Assembly: GCA_034088345.1 (NCBI GenBank)
Contig: JAXDWO010000004.1
Location: 5,794-69,793, forward strand
Length of the DNA stretch: 64,000 nucleotides
From: Bulleidia sp.
GTDB lineage: Bacteria > Bacillota_I > Bacilli_A > Erysipelotrichales > Erysipelotrichaceae
Direction: 5' to 3'
This document shows, piece by piece, positions 38,098 through 48,418 of the stretch. Numbering within the stretch: position 1 is the first letter of the stretch; each line of letters opens with the position of its first letter. The position numbers were made by a program, and so were the translations under genes. The notes beneath the pieces were generated by a model that saw nothing but the letters and a program-made list of their open reading frames with translations, did not search any database and had not been told where the DNA came from.

Positions 38098-38388
38098 CTA
38101 CTCTCCTCCAATTAAATCACTAAAGTCATCTAACGATTTATCCCTTGAACTGATAATCGCCTGTCTTGATAAATACTTAACTAAATCACTTCCCGTAACC
38201 GACATTACATCATTTACCGCAACATGTAATGCCTTAGGAACTTTATTCTTCCAAATTACATGAGATAAATAATCTTCCAGATTTTGATAAGTCAAAGTAG
38301 AAAGTGCTTCACGTTGAAGTTGATGCAGTTTTACAACCATTGTCATTTGTACTTCTGTATTTGTTGTATCGTAGCAAACATTCTCCAT
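38098..38388 (-). CDS. Small post-transcriptional-regulator-like protein (ComN/YrzD-like)
   Basis: 96 aa, cytoplasmic. Its position immediately upstream of secDF matches comN in Bacillus. Family recognition is weak. Confidence 0.45.
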   Translation of the reverse strand: MENVCYDTTNTEVQMTMVVKLHQLQREALSTLTYQNLEDYLSHVIWKNKVPKALHVAVNDVMSVTGSDLVKYLSRQAIISSRDKSLDDFSDLIGGE

Positions 38389-38446
38389 TCTTATCCTCTT
38401 TCTACCTGCAAGTAAATATTATAACAGTAAAAAACAAATATTTAAC

Positions 38447-39406
38447 CTATTTTCCTGCAAAGAATCCAAGAATTGCAAATAAAGCTGATACAACCCAGAA
38501 TAAATGTACGGTATTATTTTCACTCATTCCCTTAATCACAAAGGAATAATGAATTGGTGTATATGGGAATACTTTTTTATGTCTAGTCTTAACTGATGTA
38601 ATTTGAATAATGACACATAATGTTTCGATTACAAATACACCACCAATAAGAATTAATGGAATTTCCTTTTTCAATACCATAGCTAAGGCCGCTAATACGC
38701 CACCTAATGCAAGTGATCCTGTATCCCCCATAAATATCTTCGCTGGTTTTACATTATAGTGAAGATATCCAAATAGAGCTCCAAGTAGACTTGTAATAAA
38801 TACGCTGATAGCAGTATTTTCACTTAAATAAGCAAAAATCAAGAATGGTATCAAACTGAAACAAGTACAGCCTGCTGCTAAGCCATCCATACCATCGGTT
38901 AAATTCACAGCATTACTTGAACCGGTAAACATAAATAAGATAAGAACAACATAAAATAATCCTAAATTAATAACTGGTCCATCAAATAATAATTGAATAC
39001 TCAAGATTGAATGTTCTTGATACATGATATAGAAAATAGTTGCAAGTAACAGCTGTAATCCAAATTTATATTGTGCTTTGAGGCCGTCATTATTCTTTTT
39101 TACAGCAATTAAGAAATCGTCTGTAAAACCAATCAAGCCATAACCAACAAATGCTAAAAATACCATGCATACTTTATAGTCTAATAAACAAGATGGATAT
39201 AAAAGAATAGTGACTAATACAGGAGTAATAATAAATAATATTCCCCCCATAATAGGTGTCTTTGCTTTTTCTTTATATTCTTGAAGACTATAGTCATTAA
39301 CTGTCTGATTAAAACTGATTTTCTTTAAGAAATCAATAAAATGAGGCATCAAAAGAAGCACAACGATCAAACTGATTACAAAACCAAGCATCATACGAAT
39401 TGCCAT
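38447..39406 (-). CDS. mraY: Phospho-N-acetylmuramoyl-pentapeptide transferase
   Basis: About 319 aa, polytopic, MraY-like throughout (NLTDGMDGLA motif). ATG (MAIRMML) is preceded by AGGAGG. Confidence 0.9.
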   Translation of the reverse strand: MAIRMMLGFVISLIVVLLLMPHFIDFLKKISFNQTVNDYSLQEYKEKAKTPIMGGILFIITPVLVTILLYPSCLLDYKVCMVFLAFVGYGLIGFTDDFLIAVKKNNDGLKAQYKFGLQLLLATIFYIMYQEHSILSIQLLFDGPVINLGLFYVVLILFMFTGSSNAVNLTDGMDGLAAGCTCFSLIPFLIFAYLSENTAISVFITSLLGALFGYLHYNVKPAKIFMGDTGSLALGGVLAALAMVLKKEIPLILIGGVFVIETLCVIIQITSVKTRHKKVFPYTPIHYSFVIKGMSENNTVHLFWVVSALFAILGFFAGK

Positions 39407-39451
39407 GTTTCTATTCCTCCTTTGCAAATCTCGATAATTATACCTAAATCA

Positions 39452-41632
39452 CTATTCAAACACAACTTCTATTTCCGTTCCTTTGGTTACAAGAGTACCT
39501 GGAGCGATATTTTGTGATTTAACAACCCCTTCTCCTTCTAGCTTGAAGCCAAATTGGGTTACCGACCATAAAGCTGTTACTTCTTTACGTGTCCAGCCAG
39601 TTAAATCAGGCATAATGAAATTATTTGTATCAGTGACTAAAAATACTTTCTGACCTGAAGATATATATGAATTTTCAACTGGATATTGAGCAATAACTGT
39701 ATCACCATTACCTAAAATATATTCATTAACCTTTGCATCAGCTAGCTTTTCACTTGCATAATCTAATGAATGATTCACAAGAAATGGCATAGGACTGGTA
39801 ACAATTTCTGTTAATTCATCTGCGCTAACTGTTTCTTCACTTTCTTCTGTACTAGATACACTGCCCGTAAAATCTAAACGAATTGCTGTTTTACGTAACA
39901 AATTTTTGATTGCGGCTGTTTCATATTGTGCATTAGGATCATAAGGAGCTTCAAAACAGTAATAAACCTCTACTTGAGGATCTTCTGCTGGCATTGCACA
40001 CATAATAGATACAATTGTATAACCAGATTGATAACCACCATTAACTGCTACTTCGGCTGTACCTGTTTTACCCATCAATTTGCATTCTGGAATCTGATAA
40101 TGCTTTGCTGTACCTTTTTCATCATTGATAACGCGATATAACACTTCCTGTAATGTTTTCGCTGCTTCTTCCGTTATAGGATTACCTGTCACTTTTGTTT
40201 CAGCTTGATAAATGATGTGACTAGAATCATATGAATCACGAATTGAATCAATATAATATGGTCTAACCATAGTACCATTACCAAAAACAGCACTATAAGC
40301 CTGCAACATCTGCAACATTGTTACGGTAGAACCTTGACCATAACTTAATGACAGTTTATCTGAAGGCCATCTGAAGTTTAATGTTCCTGCTTCTTCTGGT
40401 AAACCATCGGTATTAACGACATTGAAGAAACCAAACTTCTTCATATAGTCTAAATGTATATCCGCATTAATTAATCTATTCTGTACTTCAGCAGTAACTG
40501 TATTTAAAGACATAATTAATCCATAGTCTAAAGCTATCATGCCATAATTTTTTCTTTTCGCATTATAAATACAACCATATCCATTACCCTCAACTCTTAC
40601 AGGATTATTATTTTCATCACTTGAGAAACAATAAGGACCACTGTATACTTCTTCACTTCCATCATATACACCTTCATTTATCGCAGCTGCATATGTAAAA
40701 GTTTTTAATGTAGAACCTGGTTCATAAGGAATCTGGGTACCATAGTTATTGTAGTCCGTAATATTTAATGTATTTGGATCAAATGATGGGCTTTGCCCCC
40801 AGGCAAGTATTTTACCTGTATCGATTTCCATAACAGAACCCCATACCCTCTCGGCACCAAATTGGTCATTTGTCATTTCAAAAGATTCTTCCAATGCCTG
40901 CTGAATGACAGAGTCTATTGTTGTATAAACATCATATCCATTCACAGCCGATACTGTTTCTTCTTTCATTCCTGGTAAAACATTACCATCTTTATCCGAT
41001 TGATAAATACTGTAACCATCAGTCCCCTTCAAATACCCATCAAGATATAATTCAGCTCCCATTTTACCAACTGTAGAACCTGTTTCATCAGATTGAGCAA
41101 AACCAATAAGATTGGAAGCGAAAGTTCCAAGTGGATAAACTCTTTGAATAGAATCTGTAAATTCAATACCTGGTAAATTCAACGCTTCTATTTCTTCTTT
41201 TGTAGATTTAGACAAGTTTCTGCCTGCTGTACCAAGTTCTGTTTGATATACGTCCTGGTTTAAATAAGATAAACAAGTGTCATAGTTCATCTTTAAAATT
41301 TTTGATAAAGCTGCTGCTGTACCTTCTTTATCTTTAACATAGGCAATAGTATTACCAACTGCAGGACGGTTTTCATCTAGAATACAGACAATATTATAAG
41401 TTCTGCTGTCTTGGGCAATAATTGTCCCATTACGGTCATAAATATTACCACGCAGTGCTTTATTTGTTGTTTTCACAGTATTAGCTGAATCGGCATATTT
41501 ACTTAGGTCAGTACCTGATCCTAAATGTACTTTCGCGACAGAAACCAAAAAAACATTAGAAGCAACTAGTATCATTACTACTAATGTTAAGATAAATATA
41601 ATATAGGTAACTTTTTTTGTTCTCCTGCGCAT
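39452..41632 (-). CDS. Penicillin-binding protein 2B / FtsI-type transpeptidase with PASTA domains
   Basis: 726 aa with an N-terminal TM and a dimerisation domain. SxxK (STLK) and KTG (GKTGTAEV) motifs are present, and there are two C-terminal PASTA-like repeats. Confidence 0.85.
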   Translation of the reverse strand: MRRRTKKVTYIIFILTLVVMILVASNVFLVSVAKVHLGSGTDLSKYADSANTVKTTNKALRGNIYDRNGTIIAQDSRTYNIVCILDENRPAVGNTIAYVKDKEGTAAALSKILKMNYDTCLSYLNQDVYQTELGTAGRNLSKSTKEEIEALNLPGIEFTDSIQRVYPLGTFASNLIGFAQSDETGSTVGKMGAELYLDGYLKGTDGYSIYQSDKDGNVLPGMKEETVSAVNGYDVYTTIDSVIQQALEESFEMTNDQFGAERVWGSVMEIDTGKILAWGQSPSFDPNTLNITDYNNYGTQIPYEPGSTLKTFTYAAAINEGVYDGSEEVYSGPYCFSSDENNNPVRVEGNGYGCIYNAKRKNYGMIALDYGLIMSLNTVTAEVQNRLINADIHLDYMKKFGFFNVVNTDGLPEEAGTLNFRWPSDKLSLSYGQGSTVTMLQMLQAYSAVFGNGTMVRPYYIDSIRDSYDSSHIIYQAETKVTGNPITEEAAKTLQEVLYRVINDEKGTAKHYQIPECKLMGKTGTAEVAVNGGYQSGYTIVSIMCAMPAEDPQVEVYYCFEAPYDPNAQYETAAIKNLLRKTAIRLDFTGSVSSTEESEETVSADELTEIVTSPMPFLVNHSLDYASEKLADAKVNEYILGNGDTVIAQYPVENSYISSGQKVFLVTDTNNFIMPDLTGWTRKEVTALWSVTQFGFKLEGEGVVKSQNIAPGTLVTKGTEIEVVFE

Positions 41633-41633
41633 C

Positions 41634-41939
41634 CTAGTCTCCGCTATTTACAGCTATTGTAACAATATTATCTTGATTTAGCGAGAGTCCATTTTCATTT
41701 GCGATATTATCTACTCTTTCACGTGTACTTAGAGTTTGAATTTCTACTTTAATTGCATCATTCTGTGTTTGAATTTGAGCAATTTGACGTTCAATATTTT
41801 GTTTCTGCGCACTTAAAGTATTGTTTTTTGTTCTTAAAAACAATGTTGTTGCTAAATAAAAGGATGCAGAAAATAAGGCAAACATAATTGTGAATCCTAC
41901 TAAATTTAACTTTCTATATTTTTTATTTTGCTTTTTCAT
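41634..41939 (-). CDS. ftsL: Cell division protein FtsL
   Basis: 101-aa bitopic protein with a coiled-coil after the TM, positioned between rsmH and the PBP gene. Confidence 0.7.
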   Translation of the reverse strand: MKKQNKKYRKLNLVGFTIMFALFSASFYLATTLFLRTKNNTLSAQKQNIERQIAQIQTQNDAIKVEIQTLSTRERVDNIANENGLSLNQDNIVTIAVNSGD

Positions 41940-42873
41940 TTTCGTTTATCCTTTCCATTACACGTAATTTTGCACTGTGTGCTCTATGATTTTGAGATAA
42001 TTCTTCTTCATTACTTTCAATTGGTTTCTTTGTCACTAAGAAGAAATCTGGTTGTTCTTTTTCGTTTTCTTTAATTGGCAGCTTTGGATCTACAAATGGT
42101 GGAGTTGATAATTCTTTAAATACATTTTTCACCATTCTATCTTCCAAAGAGTGGAAGGTAATCACTGCAATTCTTCCATTAACATCTAATAAATCACATG
42201 CTTCTTTTAAACCTTCTTCTAAGGAATCAAGTTCGTGATTTGTTTCGATTCTTAGAGCCTGGAATGTTTGTTTTGCAGGATGTCCTTTTTTATTTAGTAC
42301 TTTATTAGGTAAAGCACTTTTAATTACATCAACTAATTCAAATGTTGTTTCAATAGGTTTAACAGCTCTTCTTTTTTCAATCGCTCTAGCAATCTGTTTT
42401 GCATTTCTTTCTTCACCATATTTCAGAAGTATTCTCATCAAATCTTCAAAAGAATATGTATTAACAATTTCATATGCTGATAAAGATTGGCTTTGATCCA
42501 TACGCATATCAAGTTTTGCATCAAAGCGGTAACTAAAACCTCTATTTGGATCATCAAACTGAGGAGAACTTACGCCTAAGTCCATCATGACGCCATTTAC
42601 TTTTTGAACATTCATTTCATTTAAACATTCTTTCATATGACTGAAATCATGATGAATAAATGTCACTTTATCTAAATATTCCTTTAAGTTTTCTTTGCTT
42701 TCTTCAATTGCAGTAGCGTCTTTATCAAATGCATATAAATGTCCTGTTGTTAATTTAGATAATAGTAATTTTGCATGTCCCCCTCTGCCAAGAGTTCCAT
42801 CAACATAAATACCATCTTCTTTAACATTTAATGCATCTACTGTTTCATGAAGTAATACACTAATATGTTCCAT
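41923..42873 (-). CDS. rsmH: 16S rRNA (cytosine1402-N4)-methyltransferase
   Basis: 316 aa with the SAM-binding motif DGTLGRGGH. RsmH/MraW pattern throughout. Confidence 0.9.
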   Translation of the reverse strand: MEHISVLLHETVDALNVKEDGIYVDGTLGRGGHAKLLLSKLTTGHLYAFDKDATAIEESKENLKEYLDKVTFIHHDFSHMKECLNEMNVQKVNGVMMDLGVSSPQFDDPNRGFSYRFDAKLDMRMDQSQSLSAYEIVNTYSFEDLMRILLKYGEERNAKQIARAIEKRRAVKPIETTFELVDVIKSALPNKVLNKKGHPAKQTFQALRIETNHELDSLEEGLKEACDLLDVNGRIAVITFHSLEDRMVKNVFKELSTPPFVDPKLPIKENEKEQPDFFLVTKKPIESNEEELSQNHRAHSAKLRVMERINENEKAK

Positions 42874-43304
42874 TATTGTAAATACTCCGTTAATGTCTCA
42901 GCGATTGATTCAAAGCTTTCAGCAGCTTCTTCTTCATATGCATTCCATCTTTCTTCTGACCATATTTCTACATGGTCTGCTGCTCCTACTACAACACATT
43001 TCTTTTTGATATCTGCTGCAGCTACAAGCACCTGTGGAAGTTGAATTCTACCTTGTCCATCTAACTCACATTCACTTGCTTTAGATGTTAAGTAGCGAAC
43101 ATATTGTCTTGCTTCTTTTTTTGTTGTAGGTAGTTTTTCAAGTTGTTCGATAATTTTTGCCCATTGGCTGGATGTATATACCGTTAAGCATCCATCTAAA
43201 CCTTTTGTAACAACGAAAGTGTTCCCTAATTCATCACGGAATTTGGCTGGAATAATCATTCTGTTTTTTGCGTCAAGACTATGTCTATATTCGCCCATAA
43301 ACAT
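42873..43304 (-). CDS. mraZ: Transcriptional regulator MraZ
   Basis: [19 protein letters not shown] plus a second repeat [10 protein letters not shown] (two SpoVT/AbrB-like halves). GGGTGA RBS lies 6 nt upstream of the ATG at 43304. Confidence 0.9.
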   Translation of the reverse strand: MFMGEYRHSLDAKNRMIIPAKFRDELGNTFVVTKGLDGCLTVYTSSQWAKIIEQLEKLPTTKKEARQYVRYLTSKASECELDGQGRIQLPQVLVAAADIKKKCVVVGAADHVEIWSEERWNAYEEEAAESFESIAETLTEYLQ

Positions 43305-43313
43305 ATACAATCA

Positions 43314-43350
43314 CCCACTTTCCGCCACATTTTGACACTTTCTACCACTA
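43314..43350 (-). promoter_or_regulatory. Array of four GTG-core direct repeats at exact 10-bp phasing (candidate MraZ operator)
   Basis: Minus strand reads aGTGGtagaa aGTGTcaaaa tGTGGcggaa aGTGGgtgat. CAC on plus lies at 43316-18, 43326-28, 43336-38 and 43346-48. The last repeat overlaps the mraZ RBS. Confidence 0.5.
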
Positions 43351-43375
43351 GTCTACCATAATTGCGTTCAAAAAC

Positions 43376-43410
43376 AATAAAAAAAGAAGCATTTCCTTAA
43401 GAAATACTTC
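43376..43410 (-). terminator. Second terminator-like hairpin downstream of rpmF
   Basis: GAAGTATTTC-TTAAG-GAAATGCTTC (one mismatch) followed by TTTTTTTATT on the minus strand. Confidence 0.45.
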
Positions 43411-43432
43411 ATCATTTGTTAATGCATTTTTA

Positions 43433-43461
43433 ACAAAATAAAAAATCCCATATGGGATTTT
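43433..43461 (-). terminator. rpmF terminator
   Basis: Palindrome AAAATCCCATATGGGATTTT followed by a T-run on the minus strand. Confidence 0.65.
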
Positions 43462-43475
43462 CTATCATTCTTCGA

Positions 43476-43658
43476 TTATTCGCCTGCTTTTGCGGATGTT
43501 TTTTCACTACCAACAGATCCGCAGTTAGGGCATGCGTGATGTGGTTGTTTCATTTCACCACAAACTGGACACTTAACAAGTGTTGGGGCATTTAACTTAT
43601 AGTGAGTTCTTCTCTTGTCCCTTCTTGTACTTGAGTTCCTTCTTTGTTGTACTGCCAT
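43476..43658 (-). CDS. rpmF: 50S ribosomal protein L32 (zinc-ribbon form)
   Basis: 60 aa starting MAVQQRRNSSTRRDKRR, with CPVCG...CPNCG. Confidence 0.95.
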   Translation of the reverse strand: MAVQQRRNSSTRRDKRRTHYKLNAPTLVKCPVCGEMKQPHHACPNCGSVGSEKTSAKAGE

Positions 43659-43678
43659 TGCCTAGCACCTCCTACTTT

Positions 43679-44185
43679 TCAATCTACTTTGAATTCTTTC
43701 AGTTTTGCCAGGCGAGGATCAATCCTTTTTTCCTGACTTTTCTGATACTCTTCTTCTGTAATTACTCTCCAGCCATCACCATGAGGATAATCATCAGCCG
43801 AAGCGTTTGTCACCTGTAATGGAACTTCCAGCATAATATCATCAACTATTGCTGGAAGAAGCTCAATGACTTCATTTGTTACGAAACGAACACCGTCTTC
43901 GTCACATTTTTCAAAAACGTACGTTTCATCACTATCTGTTTCAAACGGATATTCAATCTCTTCATTTGTAATTGCATCCGGAACTAACATTGTACCAGAA
44001 ACATGCAAATCTACATAGAAGCGATTTTCATCTTCATCCAGATAACCGTGTCCGCTAATATGAATATCTTTCACTGAATTGATACGACTATTATTATCAA
44101 ATGCAGAAGCATCAATAGTAATATCTTCATCAAAAGAAACGTTTCCAGAATCATTTTGCAATAAATCTGCAAGTGTCCACTTCAC
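43679..44185 (-). CDS. YceD/DUF177 family protein
   Basis: Conserved partner upstream of rpmF, with an acidic DUF177 pattern. GTG start (MKWTLADL) is preceded by AAGGAGG; the track start is a TTG that includes the RBS. Confidence 0.75.
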   Translation of the reverse strand: MKWTLADLLQNDSGNVSFDEDITIDASAFDNNSRINSVKDIHISGHGYLDEDENRFYVDLHVSGTMLVPDAITNEEIEYPFETDSDETYVFEKCDEDGVRFVTNEVIELLPAIVDDIMLEVPLQVTNASADDYPHGDGWRVITEEEYQKSQEKRIDPRLAKLKEFKVD

Positions 44186-44242
44186 AGTAAAAGACCTCCT
44201 TATCGTCAACAGAAATAGATTATACCAAAAGCGCCTTTAAAG

Positions 44243-45118
44243 TCAATGAGATAACTCATTTAGCCACGCAATAATTGTATTTTTTACTTCATCTTTTCCA
44301 ATTTCGTTCAAAATTTCGTGTCTCATATGTGAAAACTGTTTAATTTTGATATTTGAATACCCAGCTTTTACTAATGTATTCTTGGAGTCTTCTAAACCTT
44401 TCGTACCTCCAGTACATGGATCATCTTCTCCCACAACAAATAAAATAGGTAAATTTTTATTTTTACATTCATATTGTGATACATCATGCATTTGAACCAT
44501 TCCTTCAAGTTCATGAACATATCCACCTATTGTAAAAGGAACACCGGATAAAGGATCTTCAATAAACTGATCTACATTTTCTTCATTGTAACTAATCCAG
44601 TCACTAGGTGTTCTAGGATTATCTACTTTTTTGTTAAATGAGCCTGTAATTAAATTATCAAGTAATTTGCTATGTCCTTTTTTGCCTTTAAATACTTTTA
44701 ATATATTTCCTACTACAATCCCAAATGGTGCTGCCTTCTGATAATTAGGAGCACCTGATAATATTAAGCCGTTAATATTTTGATCGTGCTTCTGAATATA
44801 ACATCTGCTTACCATACTGCCCATAGAATGTCCGAACAAATATACAGGAACATTCTCAAAAGTTTCATGACATAACTTATTTATTTCTTCTACACTGTCA
44901 ATTAGTGTTTGCCATCCTTCATCACCAAAATAGCCATAATCATCTCCTGCTGTTTCTCCATGTCCTGGTAAATCGTAAGAAATGACACCATAGCCATTTT
45001 CTTTTAAAGTATTTGCAAAGTCTTCATATCTTTTACGATGTTCTTCCATTCCATGAACGATTTGAACACATCCCTTTACTTCATTATCTGGTTTATATAT
45101 TGTCGTAGCTAAATACAT
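44243..45118 (-). CDS. Alpha/beta hydrolase (lysophospholipase/monoacylglycerol lipase-like)
   Basis: 291 aa with the nucleophile elbow GHSMGS and a C-terminal catalytic His (HMRHEIL). Confidence 0.7.
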   Translation of the reverse strand: MYLATTIYKPDNEVKGCVQIVHGMEEHRKRYEDFANTLKENGYGVISYDLPGHGETAGDDYGYFGDEGWQTLIDSVEEINKLCHETFENVPVYLFGHSMGSMVSRCYIQKHDQNINGLILSGAPNYQKAAPFGIVVGNILKVFKGKKGHSKLLDNLITGSFNKKVDNPRTPSDWISYNEENVDQFIEDPLSGVPFTIGGYVHELEGMVQMHDVSQYECKNKNLPILFVVGEDDPCTGGTKGLEDSKNTLVKAGYSNIKIKQFSHMRHEILNEIGKDEVKNTIIAWLNELSH

Positions 45119-45183
45119 ACGCTTGTTCCTCCAAGTACTTTTATTGTAACATAGACAAAGGAATAGAAAGACAAGGTAACAAT

Positions 45184-46299
45184 ATGCAAATTACAGGAAT
45201 TGTAGCAGAATATAATCCATTTCATACTGGACACATGTATCAAATACAAGAAGCACGGAAAATAACAAATTGTGACTTATTAATTGCTGTGATGTCAGGA
45301 AACTTTGTACAGCGTGGGGAACCAGCAATTATTGATAAATGGGAAAGAGCGAAATGTGCTGTACAAAATGGTGTCGATTTAGTTATTGAACTCCCATATA
45401 TATATGCAACTCAAAGTTGTAATCAATTTGCTCATGGAGCTTTAACATTGCTTAAGTTAGCAGGTATCAATTCACTTTCATTTGGAAGTGAATGTGGTAA
45501 TCTTGATAACTTGATGGAAATTGCTGAAACATCCATCAATCCAGACCATTTACATGTTTCTTTAGATTCAGGAATGAGTTTTCCCAAGTCATACAGCTTA
45601 TTAACAACAAAAATGCGTCCTAACGATATTTTAGCTGTTGCTTATTTAAAAGAAATTCAAGGAACAGATATTAAGCCAATCCCGATTACGAGAACTACAA
45701 ATTATCTTGATGAAGAAATGCATGAAAATATATCCAGTGCTACAGCCATTAGAAAAGCTTTAAAAGATAATCAAGACTTGAATAACACCACTCCAATGGA
45801 AGAAGTCATCAAAGAAAAAGGTATGGCCTTTATTGAAGACTATTACCCATATATTCGTACATATTTATTAACAAGTAATCCTAAAAGACTTGCTGATACT
45901 TTCTTATTTAGTGAAGGAATTGAAAATCATATTATTGAACAGGCTAAAAAGAATTCAACCTATGAAGGCTTTATACAAGATGCGACTAACTGGCGTTATA
46001 CATCAAGTAGAATTCGTAGAACTCTATTACAAGCTGCAAATCAAATTACAAAAGAAGATGTAAAAAAACTACCCCCATTAGATACTTTAAGAATCTTAGC
46101 TTTTAATGATAAAGGTAGAGAATATCTCCATAACACGAGAAAAAAAGAAGTAGCTATCGCTTCAAGATTTGCTAAAGTTCCATTACCTTATAGAGAAATG
46201 GAATATAAAACAACACTCTTCTATTCTTCTATATTTGCTGAAGAAAAAAGAAAAGAACTCCTCTCTAAAGAAGTTGGTGGAGCTCTTTACATAAAATGA
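45184..46299 (+). CDS. tmcAL: tRNA(Met) cytidine acetate ligase (YlbM/UPF0348 nucleotidyltransferase)
   Basis: 371 aa. The N-terminus GIVAEYNPFHTGHMYQI is characteristic of the family. Confidence 0.8.
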   Translation: MQITGIVAEYNPFHTGHMYQIQEARKITNCDLLIAVMSGNFVQRGEPAIIDKWERAKCAVQNGVDLVIELPYIYATQSCNQFAHGALTLLKLAGINSLSFGSECGNLDNLMEIAETSINPDHLHVSLDSGMSFPKSYSLLTTKMRPNDILAVAYLKEIQGTDIKPIPITRTTNYLDEEMHENISSATAIRKALKDNQDLNNTTPMEEVIKEKGMAFIEDYYPYIRTYLLTSNPKRLADTFLFSEGIENHIIEQAKKNSTYEGFIQDATNWRYTSSRIRRTLLQAANQITKEDVKKLPPLDTLRILAFNDKGREYLHNTRKKEVAIASRFAKVPLPYREMEYKTTLFYSSIFAEEKRKELLSKEVGGALYIK

Positions 46300-46327
46300 C
46301 ACATCAAATTGATGTGTCATTTTTTAT
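46296..46327. terminator. Bidirectional terminator between tmcAL and yebC-like gene
   Basis: ATGACACATC-AAATT-GATGTGTCAT followed by TTTTT. The hairpin includes the tmcAL stop codon. Confidence 0.65.
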
Positions 46328-47053
46328 TTATTCACCTTTTACGTTTGTATAAATTTTGTTTACATCGTCACAATCATTTAGCATGCTTAATAATTTATCG
46401 AATGCTTCTTTATCTTCTTGTGTGTCTAATGTAACAAATTCTGTAGGAAGTAATGTAGCTTCACAAACATCAAATTCAACACCTGGAATTACTTTTTCGA
46501 TAGCGTCTTGAGCTTTGCCGAAATCCTGGAATGTTGTCTTAACTGTCATTTCGCCATCTTCCACTGAAATATCTTGTACATCTACTTCAGCTTCCATCAT
46601 TGCTTCAAGCATTGCATCTTCATCTTCATAAGCAAATACAAATAAACCTACAGATTCATAGTTGTAGCTTACAGCACCACTGTTAGCTAGTTTTGCGCCA
46701 TGACATTTGTTAAAGCATGTTTTAACATCTGTAATTGCACGGTTTGTATTATCTGTTAAGCAATCAACGATAATTGTGCTGTTGCCAGGTCCGAAACCTT
46801 CATAACGAGCTTCTGTATAGTTTTCGTCAGTTCCACCTTTTGCCTTTTCAATTGCTCTTTTAATAACATCAGCAGGAACTTGATTGCTCTTAGCTTCTTG
46901 AATTTTACGCTTTAATGCAAGGTTCATATCAGGGTCAGGTACACCTGATTTAGCAGCTATATATAATTCCTTTCCATAACGTGAATATAATTTAGATTTA
47001 ATTGCAGCAGTTTTAGCCATTGATGCTGCACGCACTTCATGTGCTCTTCCCAT
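46328..47053 (-). CDS. YebC/PmpR family DNA-binding transcriptional regulator
   Basis: MGRAHEVRAASMAKTAAIKSKLYSRYGKE is the typical YebC N-terminus. AAGGGTGG RBS. Confidence 0.85.
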   Translation of the reverse strand: MGRAHEVRAASMAKTAAIKSKLYSRYGKELYIAAKSGVPDPDMNLALKRKIQEAKSNQVPADVIKRAIEKAKGGTDENYTEARYEGFGPGNSTIIVDCLTDNTNRAITDVKTCFNKCHGAKLANSGAVSYNYESVGLFVFAYEDEDAMLEAMMEAEVDVQDISVEDGEMTVKTTFQDFGKAQDAIEKVIPGVEFDVCEATLLPTEFVTLDTQEDKEAFDKLLSMLNDCDDVNKIYTNVKGE

Positions 47054-47135
47054 AGTAAGTACCACCCTTTCTTTTAAAATTTTTGCCTATCTATTATATC
47101 AAAGCACTTATTCAAAATAAAGTATGAATTGTTGC

Positions 47136-47981
47136 TTATAAGCGCTTTTCAAAGCCTCCGTGTATTTTTACACCTGAAATATAAGAAACAAACGCATGAG
47201 GATCCATCTCGTGCAGAATAGCTTCTATCTGACTTTCTTCATATTTATTGATGGCTACATATAAGACTTCTGTTTCTTTACTAGTATAGGCACCTCGACC
47301 ATCCCAAAGTGTTACTCCTCGCCCCATCTCTTTCATAATTCTTTGTTTTACTTCACTGTTTTTTGTAAAAATAATCACTGACACATTAATATTTTGTGAA
47401 TGAAAATGATCCGCTACAGTATATAAAATAGCCACAAAAACAGTTGAATACATAATTGTTGTTAAATCATAAGTTGTTAAACATATTGCAAATAAAATGA
47501 TATTAAAACAAATGGATAATTGTCCTGTTTTTAAATCCGGTTTCTTTTTCACTAGACATACTGTTGCAATATCCGTTCCTCCACAACATCCACTGCTCGT
47601 TAAAGCAATACCAACACCCATGCCACAAATAAATGCTCCAAATATAACATTAAGCAGCATATCATCTACTAACGGTTGTTGTATGACTGGTAAAATTGAT
47701 AATAAAACTGTTTGTATGAAGAGAGAAATTAATGTTTTAACACAAAAATCTTTATTCATAATTTTATAAGCCATAATGAATAAAGGTACATTACATGAAA
47801 AGTTGATAATACCTAGCAAATTGATGCTTTCAGGAATTGGAAATAGAAATCTTAATCCTTGTTCAATAAGTTGTGATAAACCGACAATACCACCAAAGTT
47901 AATATGATTTGGTGTAACAAATAACCATATTCCTGCCACCAATAAAACAGACCCTAACACTAAATTGATATATTTTTTCAT
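47136..47981 (-). CDS. YitT family membrane protein (DUF2179 C-terminal domain)
   Basis: About 281 aa with 5-6 TM segments and a C-terminal soluble DUF2179-like domain (GVTLWDGRGAYT). Confidence 0.75.
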   Translation of the reverse strand: MKKYINLVLGSVLLVAGIWLFVTPNHINFGGIVGLSQLIEQGLRFLFPIPESINLLGIINFSCNVPLFIMAYKIMNKDFCVKTLISLFIQTVLLSILPVIQQPLVDDMLLNVIFGAFICGMGVGIALTSSGCCGGTDIATVCLVKKKPDLKTGQLSICFNIILFAICLTTYDLTTIMYSTVFVAILYTVADHFHSQNINVSVIIFTKNSEVKQRIMKEMGRGVTLWDGRGAYTSKETEVLYVAINKYEESQIEAILHEMDPHAFVSYISGVKIHGGFEKRL

Positions 47982-48074
47982 ACACAACTATTCTACATAC
48001 AAATAAGAAATTTGTTCACTATAAATTCACTTAGTATTTCATCTTTATTCATTTAGCATTGTTATAGTAAAGTC

Positions 48075-48401
48075 ATGAAAAAGAAGTTAATTGGACTTAT
48101 TTTATGTTTATTCTGTTTACTTGGCTGTAACAAAAAAGAAGATACGAGCCTTTCTTTTGCAAGTGGCTTAATCACCCATGTTCAAAATAATACAGTTACT
48201 GTAAATGTAAATATTTCTATTCCCAGCGCAACAAAAAAAACTGAATTTGTTAAACATGAATTTTCAATTGACGATAATACCCTGTTTTTAAATAATGGTC
48301 GTATCGTTTCCAAACAAAATATTAAGCCTGGTACACAAATTCTCTTTTCAGCCGAAAAAAACACATTAATTTTAGTGGAAATTGAAAACAGTAATTCATA
48401 A
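48075..48401 (+). CDS. Small lipoprotein of unknown function
   Basis: 108 aa with signal peptide and lipobox LLGCN. Confidence 0.6.
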   Translation: MKKKLIGLILCLFCLLGCNKKEDTSLSFASGLITHVQNNTVTVNVNISIPSATKKTEFVKHEFSIDDNTLFLNNGRIVSKQNIKPGTQILFSAEKNTLILVEIENSNS

Positions 48402-48418
48402 CATGTTAAAATATATTT

